This document shows positions 42,556-57,532 of a DNA stretch of 64,000 bases, piece after piece. Under the pieces are notes generated by a model. It saw nothing but the letters and a program-made list of their open reading frames with translations. It had not been told where the DNA came from and searched no databases. The stretch comes from the human T2T-CHM13v2.0 reference genome, Homo sapiens. The position numbers and the translations under genes were made by a program. Position 1 is the stretch's first letter, and every line of letters starts with the position of its first letter. Where the stretch lies: the NCBI RefSeq assembly GCF_009914755.1, contig NC_060934.1; one strand, given 5' to 3'.

Positions 42556-42842
42556 AGCTGGGTGCCACTGCTCACACCTGTAATCCCAGCACCTTGGGAA
42601 GCTGAGGCAGGTCAATCGCTTGAGCCCAGGAGCTGGAGACCAGCCTGGGCAATATAATGAGACCGTGTCTCTACAAAAAATACAAAAATTAGCTGGGTGT
42701 GGTAGCATGCACCACAGGTACTCGGGAGGCTAAGGTAGGAGGATCGATTGAGCCTGGGGTGTTGAGGCTGCAGTGAGCTGTGATTGCACCACTGCACTCC
42801 AGCCTGGGCCACAGAGTGAAACCTTGTCTCAAAAAAAAAAAA
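42556..42842 (+). mobile_element. AluJ
   Basis: Dimeric AluJ with poly(A). Confidence 0.9.
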
Positions 42843-43184
42843 GTTAAATGCATTTCATGGCTGCTGTGTGGAGGATGAATTGGAGATGAGCAAGAATAGG
42901 AGCTGCAGAGGAGGCCGTGGCAGGGTACCTGCTCCCAGGCTGCTCATATGAGCAATGAATCAATGTGGGGCCAAGTGTGAGTGGCAGTGAACAGCGTGAC
43001 AAGGACACACATTGGAAATAATTTACTCTTGGTTCTTTTTAGATGCCAAGGCACATTGCCTACACTAGCAACTTGACTAGAACTCCATTTTAGAATAATA
43101 AAAACAATCATGGTTTGCATGGAGATTTAATTGCAAAAATGTGTGTATTCTGTTTCGTATGGTGCCTGTCAGAGCAGGTATGTC

Positions 43185-43337
43185 TTTTCTTTCTTCTTTC
43201 CTTTTCAAAAAATCCTTATAGAAACAGGGTCTTGCTATGTTGCCCAGGCTGATCTTGAAATCGTGGCCTCAAGCAATTCGCCCCCCTCAGCCTCTGAAAG
43301 TGCTGAGATTACAGGCATGAGTCACCGCATCCAGCCC
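43185..43337 (-). mobile_element. FLAM-type monomer
   Basis: GGGTCTTGCTATGTTGCCCAGGCTG; TSD ~CAGAGCA(G/C)GT. Confidence 0.83.
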
Positions 43338-43984
43338 AGAGCACGTTTCCTTAGGGTATCTTTCTGCTCTTTTCCACATGACAAAACTCCTAACTGTCCT
43401 TCATAGTTAGCTCTTCATATTCTGCATTACATTCCCTGATATTTAGAGGTGTCACCAAGTCATTCCCAGAGCTGAGAAAAATGAAAGAATTAAAAAAAAC
43501 TTGCTTTGTTGATTTTTTGTTGTTGCTAATTTTGTAACCCAAATTGTATTAACTCCATAGAGAGCATTGTTCAGAAGTTGTTGCAATGAAAAAGTCTTAC
43601 AAATTTATTTCTATATATTAATGATTATGTTACAAGCGCTTGAACTATTGTTAAATTTCCTTCATATATCCATGATTATTCCAAGGGAAATTATTGTTCT
43701 GTGCCTATGTATCTTTATTTTAAAGATCTACAATATGATTTTGAGGGGGGAACAATGTTCTATCATTTTTCTCTTCAGAATTTGTTTAAAAAGAATGCAC
43801 GGATTAAACTAAGAAGTAGGATCTTTGGTAGCAGTCAAGGCGGAAGCCGGGAATTCACTCTTTATACTTATGAGTCTTTCTAGCTTTCTATTCTGATCTT
43901 AGACATCCCTCAATGCCTACATGAAGTCCTAAGTTTTTCACAAAGCCTTCTTTGGCTTGTAGTTCACTAACATTTGCTGAGCTA

Positions 43985-44480
43985 TAGAGCTGTGTGTCTG
44001 GGGTTGTGGCTGCCTAGTGTGCATGTCCCAGATGCCACTGAAGGTAGGTTTGGGCCATGTGACTAAGTTCCAGTCAGTGGAAGGTAACTGGAAATGATGT
44101 GCGGAACTCTCAGGCTCAGGCCTTAAAATATTACACACGTCCCTTTCTTGCTCTTTTTCCCGTGAACTGGAACATTGATAAGCTGATAACCAGCTTTGAC
44201 CACACAGGTGAAGACAACACCCTCCGGAATGCAAACGATTGAGAAGGGCTTGGACCATTAGTGATCACATTTAGTAGAACAACTTCGCCTCTCTGCTCTG
44301 GGCTGTGACATGAGGAGGACATATGCCTCTCTGTTATTTAAGCCACTGTATTATTGGTTGTCTTTTAGAGTAGCTAAGGCTTTTATTTTCTTGTTATAAA
44401 AGTTGGTACCTGAAGCAAAATGCTGTTGTAATAAAAATCTAAAATATATGTCATTGAGTCTGGGAATGGTATAACAGATA
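43985..44480 (+). mobile_element. MLT1J-like LTR plus the start of the MLT-internal region
   Basis: GGCCATGTGACTAAGTTC..TTTAAGCCACTGTATT, then AAGTTGGTACCTGAAG..TGCTGTTGTAATAAAAATCTAAAATATATG. Confidence 0.65.
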
Positions 44481-44562
44481 TGCAGTCTGTAAAAACAATA
44501 CACAAGTGTCATGAATTATTATTAGGGGATACTAAGAACTCCTTCAACATCCTGACTAATCA

Positions 44563-44952
<390 letters not shown>

Positions 44953-45436
44953 GTTCTATAGAAGTTCAGAAGAGGCAAATATGATTAAAACTGGGACTAG
45001 AACATGTGTTCTCTTACAGAAAAGCTTAACCTTCCAGAACAATGCTTTCTGAACTGCAGTATCTGTTATGCCACCCTCAGACTCAATGACATACATTTTA
45101 GATTTTTGTTACAACAGCATTCTATTTGCATGTTGTTTTATAGTTTGCATAGTGTCTTTACATTTCTTATTGCACCTAATCTTCACAAAAATAACGAGAT
45201 GTTGAGATTCATTTATCTGGTCAAGGTTTATTGTGCACCCATTATGTGCCCTGGACTGGCCTGTGTTTGCAGGACACTTATCAAACGGAGCCTTTGTTTT
45301 GGAAGTGATTTCACTTCAGGACCAATTATGAAGATGAGTAGAAGTCTCTGGTGAGATATTGCCATCATGATCTTTGTGCATTTACCGTCTAGGATCTGGG
45401 ACAGAAAATGATGGGTCCAAGGTTGCGCAGCTAGTT

Positions 45437-45584
45437 TTTTATTAATTTTTTTTTTTTTTTTTTTTGTAGAGACGTGGTCTCCCTATGTTGTTCAGGCTGG
45501 TCTTGAACTCCTGTCTTCAAGTGATCCTCCTGCATTGGCCCCCAAAAGTGCTGGGATTCCAGGTGTGAGCCTCCACATCTGGCC
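45437..45584 (-). mobile_element. FLAM inserted in a MIR
   Basis: TSD TGC(G/A)CAGCTAGTT. Confidence 0.87.
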
Positions 45585-45651
45585 TGCACAGCTAGTTAAT
45601 GTGCTATTCATTGTCCAGTGCTACTCAACTCAAACAGCAAAATATCTAACA

Positions 45652-45979
<328 letters not shown>

Positions 45980-46259
45980 TTATGTATTTTTATTTGTTTA
46001 TTGTAATGGAGGAGTTAAGAATAAATCATATTGATTACATCAACAGAAGCTGAAGCTGTAACTCAATCTATCAAGACTGAATTTATTAAATTATTAGAGC
46101 ATAGGAAGTAAGTGCTTTTGATAGTAAAGTGTTGTTGACCAGCTAAAATCTAACACAAACTGGAATCAAGCCCCTGAACCAGGGTTGGGTTTACATTGCT
46201 TCTTAGTGTACCTCCACATAGCACTTCACATTATATCATGACTGAAAGGCTGATTGAAG

Positions 46260-46911
46260 ATTTTATTTTATTTTAAGTTCTGGGGTACATGTGCAGAAAG
46301 TGCAGGTTTGTTACACAGGTAATCCTGTGCCATGGTGGTTTGCTGCACCTATCAACCCATCACCTAGGTATTAAACCCCACATGCATTAGCTTTTTATCC
46401 TGGTGCTCTCCCGTGACCCCACCCCCTGACAGGCCCCAGTGTGTGTTGTTCCCTTCCCTGTGTCCATGTGTTCTCATTATTCAGCCCCCTCTTATAAATG
46501 AGAACATGTGGTGTTTGGTTTTCTGTTCCCGTGTTAGTTTGCTGAGGACAATGGCTTCCAGCTCCATCCATGTCCCTGCAAAGGACACAATCTTATTCTT
46601 TTTTATGGCTGCATAGTATTCCACAGTGTCTATGTATCACACATTCTTTACCCAGTCTATCATTGATGGGCATTTGGATTGATTCCATGTCTTTGCTATT
46701 GTGAATAGTGCTGGAATGAGCATATGTGTACATTTATCTTTATAATAGAATTATTTTTATTCCTTTGGGTATATACCCAGTAATGGGATTGCTGGGTCGA
46801 ATGGTATTTTTGGTTCTAGGTCACTAAGGAATCGCCACACTGCCTTCCACAATGGTTGAGCTAATTTACACTCCCACCAACAGTGCAAAAGCATTCCTAT
46901 TTCTCCACAGC
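46260..46911 (-). mobile_element. L1PA8-11-like 3' end
   Basis: TTAAGTTCTGGGGTACATGTGCAG..CCCTGACAGGCCCCAGTGTGTGTTG..GGGTATATACCCAGTAATGGGATTGCTGGGTC. Confidence 0.92.
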
Positions 46912-48215
46912 TTTATTTCTACACAGGTCACCTTGGAAGACAAAGATGTGGGAGTGTGAAAAGAGGCAAGGCAGGTGAGAGTGATATAAAATACAAGGCA
47001 GAGGAGGAAGCATCACCAGGAAAGAGCATGGTGGGGCTTGAAGAGGGAAAATGTCTAACTGAAAGGACTGAGGGCTTGTGAAAAAAAAATGATGGGGTTG
47101 GGGAAGAAAAGTGGAACTAGAGAGACTAGGTTTAGCCAAAATGAAATGATGTGGCAAGTAAAGATGAGAATAAAATAAGAGATTCCTCTGGGTCTATTCT
47201 TCTTGTTAACTGATTTGAAAGGTACAAGGACATTGAGACACTGAAAATTTAAGAGACAGAGAATCCATTCCAGAAATAGGTATTGAGTTTGGATTATGTG
47301 CCAAACCCTGGAAATTGAATAATGATGAAAATAAAGGTGTGGTCCTTATCCCCTTGGCACATACAGTGGAAGAGATAAATGCATAGTAATACCCTGACCT
47401 TGTTTATTGCTCTCTTGCCTTGAGTAAATAGTAGCTCTGAAGAAGTATGCTACCTCCTTCCACCTAAGGGATTGGAATAGATTCAGCAGAGAGGATTAAG
47501 GGCTGGATATCATAGGGTTTTCTAGCTTTTGTTTCCAACCTCTCTCAAATTTAATTGCCTGCTGAAGGAGGTACTAGAATGGCACCCACAACTGGCTTTG
47601 AGAGAGGAAAAATGAAGTGGTCGCTTCAGATCAATGTTTACCTCTGTCAGCTCAGTACACAAGAGCCCTTAAGCATGAAGGTCGGGGCTTGACTTCTATC
47701 TGGAAAGTGGCCCCGAGATCATCACTTTGGTTTCAATTGGTTTTGAAGTGTCGCTGAAAGAATTCTTTTGTTTTTACTTTAGGCTCGTGGGTTTGCACTG
47801 TAACCATATCTGCTTTTCTACATCTCTGTTTGACACTAGTTTGACCTCTGCTTACCTCATACTTGCTAAAAAGAAACATATCTAATACCATCCACCTTAG
47901 TGATAAGAGCAAGAGAAAACAAACAGTGGAAAGACCCTTCAGAAGTGGATGACCTACTATTAGCTGTGGGAGGCTGACGACGTCCACCCTGGGCTTGTCA
48001 TCAGTAGGGAGGATATGGTGTTTGGGTTTAGAACTTTGGAGTAGAGTTCTAGGCTTGATTCTGACCACAGTTTGTCATTGTGTGATGTTTAATGGACATT
48101 TAAGATGAGATGCAATGCCTTAGCTTGTGAGTCAGTTTCAAACCATAATTTCTATGTTCTTTCTAGGATCAAATGACCTCAGCTACATAGGTCAAGTCAT
48201 TATAAGGTATCTTCA

Positions 48216-48495
48216 GGCCAGGCACCGTTGCTCACGCTTGTAATCTCAGCATTTTGGGAGGCTTAAGAGGGAGGATTGCCTGAGATCAGTCTGGCCAACA
48301 TGGTGAAACCCCCATCTCTACAAAAAATACAAAAATTAGCCAGGCGTGATGACACATGCCTCTGGTCCCACCTACTCAGGAAGCTGAGGTGGGAGGATTG
48401 CTTGAGCTTGTGAGGTAGAGGCTGCAATGAGCCAAGGTGGCACCACTGCTCTCCAGCCTGAGTGACAGAGCAAGACCCTGTCTTAGAAAAAAAAA
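48216..48495 (+). mobile_element. AluJ with a small left-arm deletion
   Basis: Dimeric Alu; TSD ~ATCTTCAG. Confidence 0.88.
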
Positions 48496-49320
48496 TCTTC
48501 AGAAGTATCCTCAGTTAATAATTCCATATTTCTCCTGGAGTCATTTACCTTCTCATCCACCTCCATCTTCCTTTCCTTGATGTAAAACAAGCTACTTGGA
48601 GGTCACCACAACACTACTTGCTTGTTCTAGGGATAGGATTTTGGACCCACTCCCTGAAATGAGACTAAAGTAGGGTGACAGAGAAATATCAAGCACCCAG
48701 AACATTTCTGAAAAATGTTAACTGGGAATGATTTCTTTCTTGTCTCTCACCTGCACAAAGACCATTGTATGCATTTTGGAGAGAAAAGGAGATTAAAAAA
48801 TAAATTAGAGTTGGAAATAAAACTTCTTTTAGTTTACATAATTGTTTTTGTGTATGTGTTTTAACAGTGAGTTTACTGACAAATTGACTGAGTTGAAGGA
48901 CTGCTGGAAATAGCTTCAGGTTTGGAAAGCCAAGGCCAAGGATTTGCAAATGCTTTGGAGGAGATAATGGTGAGGGGCAGAAATGCACAGTGCCTGTGAA
49001 TATCCAAAAGGAGGCTGAGAAAGAAAGATTTCTGAACACAAGGGAAACTCCAAGAGTTTGAGGAGTGGGCAGGAGGGAAGCCTTCTGGATAATGTCGTTC
49101 CCTTTCATGTCTTCAGTTCTGGGCTCCCTCTGTTTCTCTTTTCCTTGTTGTGTACATTTAGGTGACCTCATCTAGACACATGACTGTACACACCACCCAT
49201 GTGCTGATGAATCTATTTTTATCTCCCCTTTGACCTCTCCCCTGTACAGCAGGCTTCTTCAATCACCTTCTTATATTTCTACTTGGATATCTAACAGGCA
49301 TCTCAAAATTAACATCTTTA

Positions 49321-49530
49321 CTTATTTATTTATTTATTTTTCAAAACATGGTCTTGCTCTGTTGCCCAGGCTGGAGTGCCATGTCACAATCATGGCTTAC
49401 TGCAGCCCTGACCTCCTGGTGCAAGCAATCCTCCAAACTCAGCCTCCTGAGTACAGCAGTGCACCACCATGCCCTGCTAATTTTTAAAAAAAATTTATGT
49501 GGAGACTTGGTCTCACTGTGCTGCCCAGGC
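49321..49530 (-). mobile_element. 5'-truncated AluJ
   Basis: Right arm plus part of the left arm; TSD TAACA(T/C)CTTT. Confidence 0.85.
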
Positions 49531-49540
49531 TAACACCTTT

Positions 49541-49857
49541 TTGTTCTTTTTTGTTTGTTTGTTTGTTTGAGACAGAGTCTTAGAGTCTTGCTCTGTCACC
49601 CAGGCTGCAGTGCAGTGATGCAATCTCTGCTCACTGCAACCTCAGCCTTCTCAGTTCAAGCGATTCTCCCGACTTAGCCTCCCAAGTAGTTGGGATTACA
49701 ACCATGCACCACTATGCCTGGCTATTTTTGTATTTTTAGTAGGGAAAGGGTTTCATCATGTTGGATAGTCTGGTTTCAAACTCCTGACCTCAAGTGATCT
49801 GCCTGCCTCGGCCTTTCAAAGTGCTGGGGTTACAGGCGTAAGCCATCCTGCCCAGCC
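49541..49857 (-). mobile_element. AluS
   Basis: Full antisense Alu; TSD TAACA(C/T)CTTT. Confidence 0.9.
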
Positions 49858-50334
49858 TAACATCTTTAAATACAGATCTTTTGATTCCACCTGTCTTGAA
49901 AATTTGTCTACCTCTGTCCCTGACAAACCTTCTACTATTTTCACTATATCAGGATTCCTCTTCTAAAGGCAGTTCACCCTGCTGATTCATCAGTAATTCC
50001 TGTTGGCTCAACTTCTGAAATAGCCATTCATTTCTTCTCATTTTTTCTGCCATTGTCTCAACCCCAAACCCATCACATCTGCTTGTCTCTCTCATCCATT
50101 TCCACATAACAAGCAGATTACTTTAAAACAGAAATCTGTTGTAAACCCACCAATGATTCCAAACACAATGCTTGTGGTCAGAATAAATTCCAAACGCTTC
50201 TCATAGCCTACGAGTTCCTACAATGATCTGGCTCTTTTCTTCTTCTTCATCTGCATTTCCCAGCACAACTGGTCACTTCTTAGACTCTTGCATTAATTGG
50301 CTCATTGCACAACTATTTATTACAGTGCTCTCTC

Positions 50335-50628
<294 letters not shown>

Positions 50629-51142
50629 TATTACAGTGTTTTCTATGTGCCTAGCACTTTTCTGGGCTCCAGAGATAGAGCAGAGAACAAAGAACACAAA
50701 ATTCCTGCACTCACAGAGTTTACCTTTTAGCACAGGGAGAGAGGAATTTAGTTCCTTGGTGGGTTAGGAAGTGGTCAGTGCTACAGAAAAAAGTTGAGTT
50801 GGGTTAGGGACAGGGGTACCAATGGGAGGGTCTTGAGGCAGGCTGCAGTGCTGGTCAGGGCAGGCCACAGGTCAAAGGTGAAATTTGAGCAAAGAGTTGA
50901 AACAGGAAAAAGAATTAGCCAAGGCTGGTAGGAGGGAGAGAGTGATCTGGGAGGGACAGTGTCTAGACTAAAAGTCCTGAGGTGGGAATACGTTTGTTGC
51001 ATTCAAGATTCAGTGAGGAAGCCAGCCGAGGAGTCAGTGTCGGCTCTCCATGGATGTTAGCTTTCGCTCTTTGTGAGATGGGCAGCTGTCTCAGGGTCTT
51101 TAGCAGGGGAAGAGCATGATTTGTTTATGTTTAAAAAGCATC

Positions 51143-51564
51143 CCAATTCTGTGAAGAAAGTCAATGGTAGCTTGATAGGGATAGCATTGAATCTATAAAT
51201 TACTTTGGGCAGTATGGCCATTTTCACGATATCGATTCTTCCTATCCAAGGAGCATGGAATGTTTTTGCATTTGTACGCAAGAACAGAAAACCAAACACT
51301 GCATATTCTCACTCATAAGTGGGAGTTAAATAATAAGAACACATGGACACAGGGAGGGGAACATCACACATTGGGGCTGTCGGGGGTTAGTGGGCTAGGG
51401 GAGGGACAGCATTAGGAGAAATACCTAATGTAGGTAATGGGTTGATGGGTGCAGCAAACCACCATGGCACATGTATACCTATGTAACAAACCTGCTCATT
51501 CTGCACATGTACCCCAGAGCTCAAAGTATAATAAGAAAAAATAAATAAGTAAAATAAAAAATAA
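51143..51564 (+). mobile_element. 5'-inverted, truncated L1PA7-like insertion
   Basis: 51143-51275 is antisense ORF2 ([35 protein letters not shown]); 51276-51564 is the sense 3' end plus poly(A); perfect TSD TAAAAAGCATC. Confidence 0.93.
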
Positions 51565-51650
51565 TAAAAAGCATCTCTGTGGCTGCTGTGTTGACAGTAG
51601 CCCATAGGCAAGGACTCATATAGGAGAGAGTTTGCAGTTGATTGCAATAG

Positions 51651-51807
51651 TTGGGCCAGAGCTAAAGTGAAGTAAGTTTAGGCCCCTAGGGTACGAAATG
51701 TGAGGAGGTCCTCACTCCCAGGGCTGTGCAAAGCATCTGGAGAGGGAGTGTCTCTTTCAATTTTGTACCCCGGGGGCCAATCTTGCCTCACCCTGGTCCT
51801 ATCCCTG
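51651..51807. mobile_element. MER96-like palindromic MITE (hAT-Tip100)
   Basis: CCTAGGGTACGAAATGTGAGGAGGTCCTCACTC..GAGTGTCTCTTTCAATTTTGTACCCC..CTTGCCTCACCCTGGTCCTATCCCTG; 8-bp TSD TGCAATAG / TGTAATAA. Confidence 0.72.
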
Positions 51808-52279
51808 TGTAATAATCTGGGTTAGAGATAATAGCCGTCTGCCCTGGGCAGCAGCAATGGAAGTGGTGAGATGAGATCAAATTCTGTATTTTCTGGGAAA
51901 GTGGAGTCATGGTTTCCTGCCAGATTCAATGGGGAGTAGAGAGAGAAAGAGAGGCACAAAGATGACACCAGGCAGGAATGGAGTTGCCAGCAGCTGGGAT
52001 GGGGATGGCTTCAGGGAGCCGATCCTGAAGGGAGGAAGGGAGGAGCTGAGGGTTTGAGATGTGAAGCTGGAAATTCTTAGCCATGAAGTGGAGTTTTGCA
52101 GGGCAGCAAGATATGGGAGGCTGGAGTTACGGACTGATGATGGCCATGCTGCTCCTGGAACATGCACTTCTTACCCCTGCCTCAGAACATTGGCCCTTCT
52201 TGTTTCCTCTGAGTCCAACACTTTTCTTCTGCATCTTCGCAGGCACCTCTTTCATTCATGTTACCATTCTAAAGTCAGT

Positions 52280-53030
<751 letters not shown>

Positions 53031-53346
53031 TCAGCTTTTTTGAAGTAAGGAGCCTTTCTCATGCGCTATCAAATGTTGGCCCTTCTTTTCTCCCATTTTG
53101 TTCTCTTCGTTGTGCCATTACAATCTGAGACCTTATTCATCTATTTACTTGCTCATTTATTATCTGCTTGCCTTAGAATAACAGCACTTTCACGGGAGCC
53201 AGGAGGTGTGTGCCTGGCTTACCAGGGCATCCTCAGTACCAAGCAGAGTGCTGCATACTCAGGACAGCTTTGTTGAGTGAGTGAATCAATTTACATCAAT
53301 CTATGCCACCCCAAAGGCAAAAATCCAATAAATTCTTGACTAATAA

Positions 53347-53751
<405 letters not shown>

Positions 53752-53875
53752 TATTATTATTATTCTTTTACTCTAAGTTTTGGGGTACATGTGCAGAACA
53801 TGCATGTTTGTTACATAGGTATACATGTGCAATGGTGGTTTGCTGCACCCATCAACCTGTCATCTACATTAGGTA
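53752..53875 (-). mobile_element. L1PA7-like extreme 3' fragment
   Basis: CTAAGTTTTGGGGTACATGTGCAGAAC..GCTGCACCCATCAACCTGTCATCTACATTAGGTA. Confidence 0.88.
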
Positions 53876-53876
53876 C

Positions 53877-54244
<368 letters not shown>

Positions 54245-54523
54245 TGAACAGCTCCCACATTTTTAAGTTGTCCTTTTGTCATATTGGTTAATGAAAAATA
54301 TGTCAACTGTGGGAAGCATATTTTCAGCTTTTCATTACACATCGAACCCAAGTTTTTATAGGACCATGCAGTTCATCAAATATGATCTTGATTTTTTTGA
54401 GATCCTACTAAGTAAAAATCTTCACAGTAATGGCATATTTCAACAGAGGTTCCAATACAAAACTTAAGACCCTGTTGGCAATTTGTGGAGTCATATTGGA
54501 ACCTACTATAATATTCCACTACT

Positions 54524-54660
54524 GGTGTGAGCCACTGTGCCAGGCCTGGAGACTTAATATTGACAACAATCTTATCAGGCCTTGAGGTTTAAGGGTTAAC
54601 CTGTGGCGTTAAGATAATTGTCAATATTAAGTCTTTGGGCCGGGCATGGTGGCTCATGCC
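54524..54660. repeat. Imperfect inverted repeat (fold-back duplication)
   Basis: Perfect 17-bp arms AGACTTAATATTGACAA (54550-54566) / TTGTCAATATTAAGTCT (54618-54634), extended outward by opposed Alu 5' heads. Confidence 0.9.
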
Positions 54661-54722
54661 TGTGGTCTCAGCTACTCAGGCGGCTGAGACAAGAGGATCA
54701 CTTGAGCCTGGGAGGTAAAGGC

Positions 54723-54726
<4 letters not shown>
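54638..54726 (+). mobile_element. 3'-truncated old Alu monomer (FRAM/AluJ-like), fused to an L1
   Basis: GGCCGGGCATGGTGGCTCATGCCTGTGGTCTCAGCTACTC..GGAGGTAAAGGCTGCA. Confidence 0.82.
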
Positions 54727-55468
<742 letters not shown>

Positions 55469-55852
55469 GTCTGGGAGCATAGCCCAGAATAAGAATCCAG
55501 TAAATGCACCTTGATGAAGTAAAAAGAAAAATAAACTTTGACTCAAAGAAAATTGTCTTCAAATGCGGGCTCTAACACTTCCAAACTATGTGATATTAAG
55601 CAAATCACTTAATTTCTCTGATTCTCCTTTTCTATAAAATGGAATAATCCTATGTTACATGTAATTATAGGAATTAAAAAATATGATCTAGGCTAATATG
55701 CTTGGTAGATGTTAGGCACTGAAAAGTTATCCAACTGACATTCAAACTGGTTTAAAAGATTTCAAGTATTTTTAGTTATATGTAAGTATTTTCTAAAAAT
55801 ACGAATCCCAAAAGTGTGTAATTCACTTTATGCACTAAGAAACGCTTTTGAG

Positions 55853-56400
55853 TGGTCTAGGATGTTTTTAGTTGTGAGGTCAAGAATGTTCAATTTAATT
55901 GATTGGAACAAGGAGGAGACATTCTCTCATCCAATAGGAAATGCAATGTGGGTGGTTGCAGGCTTGGCTTGATACTGTCCTCAGGGACCCCATGTCTTTC
56001 CATCTTTCACTCCACTGAACCCAGTGTGCTTACTTCGTTCTATGGTTCTGTATCTTATGACTTCAAGAGAGCCAGTCTGGTTCTAAAGAACACATCTGCA
56101 CAGTCTGAGGCAGGCCAGGGAGGCAGACCTCTCCTGGGAAGTTCTATCAGACTTCCGGCCATGTGTCTTTGGCCAGAGTTGGATTACATATCTGGAACCA
56201 ACACTCTACTAGCAAGGGGGAGTGGAATTACCCTTCATGTCTCAGATTTAACATTTTCTTGCTGGGGAGGGAGGGCCCCACTTTCTATGAGCATATGACC
56301 CTCTGATCCTTGAATAAAAATAGTGTTCTGTTAGCCAGGAAGAGAGGAGGGGAGGGGGAGGAAATGGCTGTGGCGTAGGTAACCAACAGTGCTTTCTACA
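55853..56400 (-). mobile_element. MLT1K-like old MaLR LTR
   Basis: CAGGGACCCCATGTCTTTCCATCTTTC..TTGGCCAGAGTTGGATTACAT..AATAGTGTTCTGTTAGC..GTAGGTAACCAACAGTG. Confidence 0.65.
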
Positions 56401-56890
56401 CCATCCTCATCTTTTTTGAAGGGAGGAGGGAGTTGGTGGTTATTGCAAAACTCAAAACAAAAGGATGTCATGATGGCTGAAAAGTTGGAAATGACAGTCA
56501 TGTGGGCTTATAGTTTGGGCATTGACTGTTTTCCTTTTTTTAAGTGTCATTGGTTATACAGCCAAAATACATAACAAACACATCAAAATTCGAGTATTGG
56601 AGAAATGGGTTAATCACTCTTCTTTTTTGTTTTTCATGGTTTTATGAACTAACCTATTTGTGGTATGAATTTGATTGAATAGACAGAAAAATTAGATCTT
56701 GATCTAAGGAGGGGAGAAAATTTAATCTAAAGAACAGTAACTAAAGAAGAAGTTGGTACATAGGAAATAAATGTGTTAGAAATCATGACAAGGAGGGTTT
56801 AAGATTTTTTTTTTGGAGTAACTAGAGTGGAAAAAACACAAAGAAAAGTGTCTGTGATGTCTCCTGATACCTGGTGCCATTTTTCTGTAA

Positions 56891-57194
56891 TTTTTTTGCT
56901 TTTGTTTTTGAGATGGAGTCTTGCTCTGTTGCCTAGGCTGGAGTGCAGTGGTGCTGGCGCAATCTCAGCTCACCACAACCTCCACTTCCCAGGTTCAAGT
57001 TGTTCTCCTGCCTCAACCTCCTGAGTAGCTGGGACTACAGGCACGTGCCACCATGCCCGGCTAATTTTTGTATTTTTAGTAGAGACAGGGTTTCACTATG
57101 TTGGGCAGGCTGGTCTCAAACTCCTGACCTCATGATCCACCCACCTTGGCCTCCCAAAGTGCTGGGATTACAGGTGTGAGCCACTGCGCCCAGC
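56891..57194 (-). mobile_element. AluS
   Basis: TSD ATTTTTCTGT. Confidence 0.92.
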
Positions 57195-57227
57195 TATTTT
57201 TCTGTGCTGCTAATAGTAATGTCTGGT

Positions 57228-57532
57228 TTCTTTTCTTCTTTTTTTCTGAGACAGAATCTCACTCTGTTTTTCAGGCTGTAGTGCAGTGGCACAATCTCTG
57301 CTCACTGCAGCTTCTGACTACTAGATTCAAGTGATCCTCCCGCCTCAGCCTCTGGAGTAGCTGGGATTCAAACGTGCACCACCACGCCCAGATAATTTTT
57401 GTATTTCTGGTAGAGACAGGGTTTTATCATATTGGCCAGGCTGGTCTCGAACTCCTGACCTCCAGTGATCTGCCCTCCTTGGCCTCCCAAAGTGCTGGAA
57501 TTACAGGCGTGAGCCACTGTACCCGTCCAGCC
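57228..57532 (-). mobile_element. AluS/J
   Basis: Antisense Alu; TSD ~TCTG(G/A)TTT. Confidence 0.9.

Larger units (their letters stand above)
41320..43020 (-). mobile_element. L2 remnant hosting the MER39 LTR and an AluJ
   Basis: ACTCAACAACATTTCTTTAAGCATG..TTTCAGCTGAGGCCT..GGCTGCTGTGTGGAGGATGAATTGG. Confidence 0.62.
49125..50290 (+). mobile_element. L2 remnant interrupted by two Alus
   Basis: AGGTGACCTCATCTAG..CTACTTGGATATCTAACAGGCATCTCAAA..CAGAATAAATTCCAAAC. Confidence 0.72.
50640..52090 (-). mobile_element. L2a remnant hosting an L1PA and a MER96
   Basis: CTATGTGCCTAGCAC..GAGATAGAGCAGAGAACAAA..AAGGTGAAATTTGAGCAAAGA..CTGTGGCTGCTGTGTTGA. Confidence 0.75.

Noticed and set aside
51057-51299. 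ORF with a real protein motif ([22 protein letters not shown])
   Set aside because: It is a LINE-1 ORF2p fragment in a truncated, inverted insertion, not a host CDS
51651-51807. Long imperfect palindrome as a novel ncRNA
   Set aside because: It is explained by a MER96-like palindromic MITE with an 8-bp TSD
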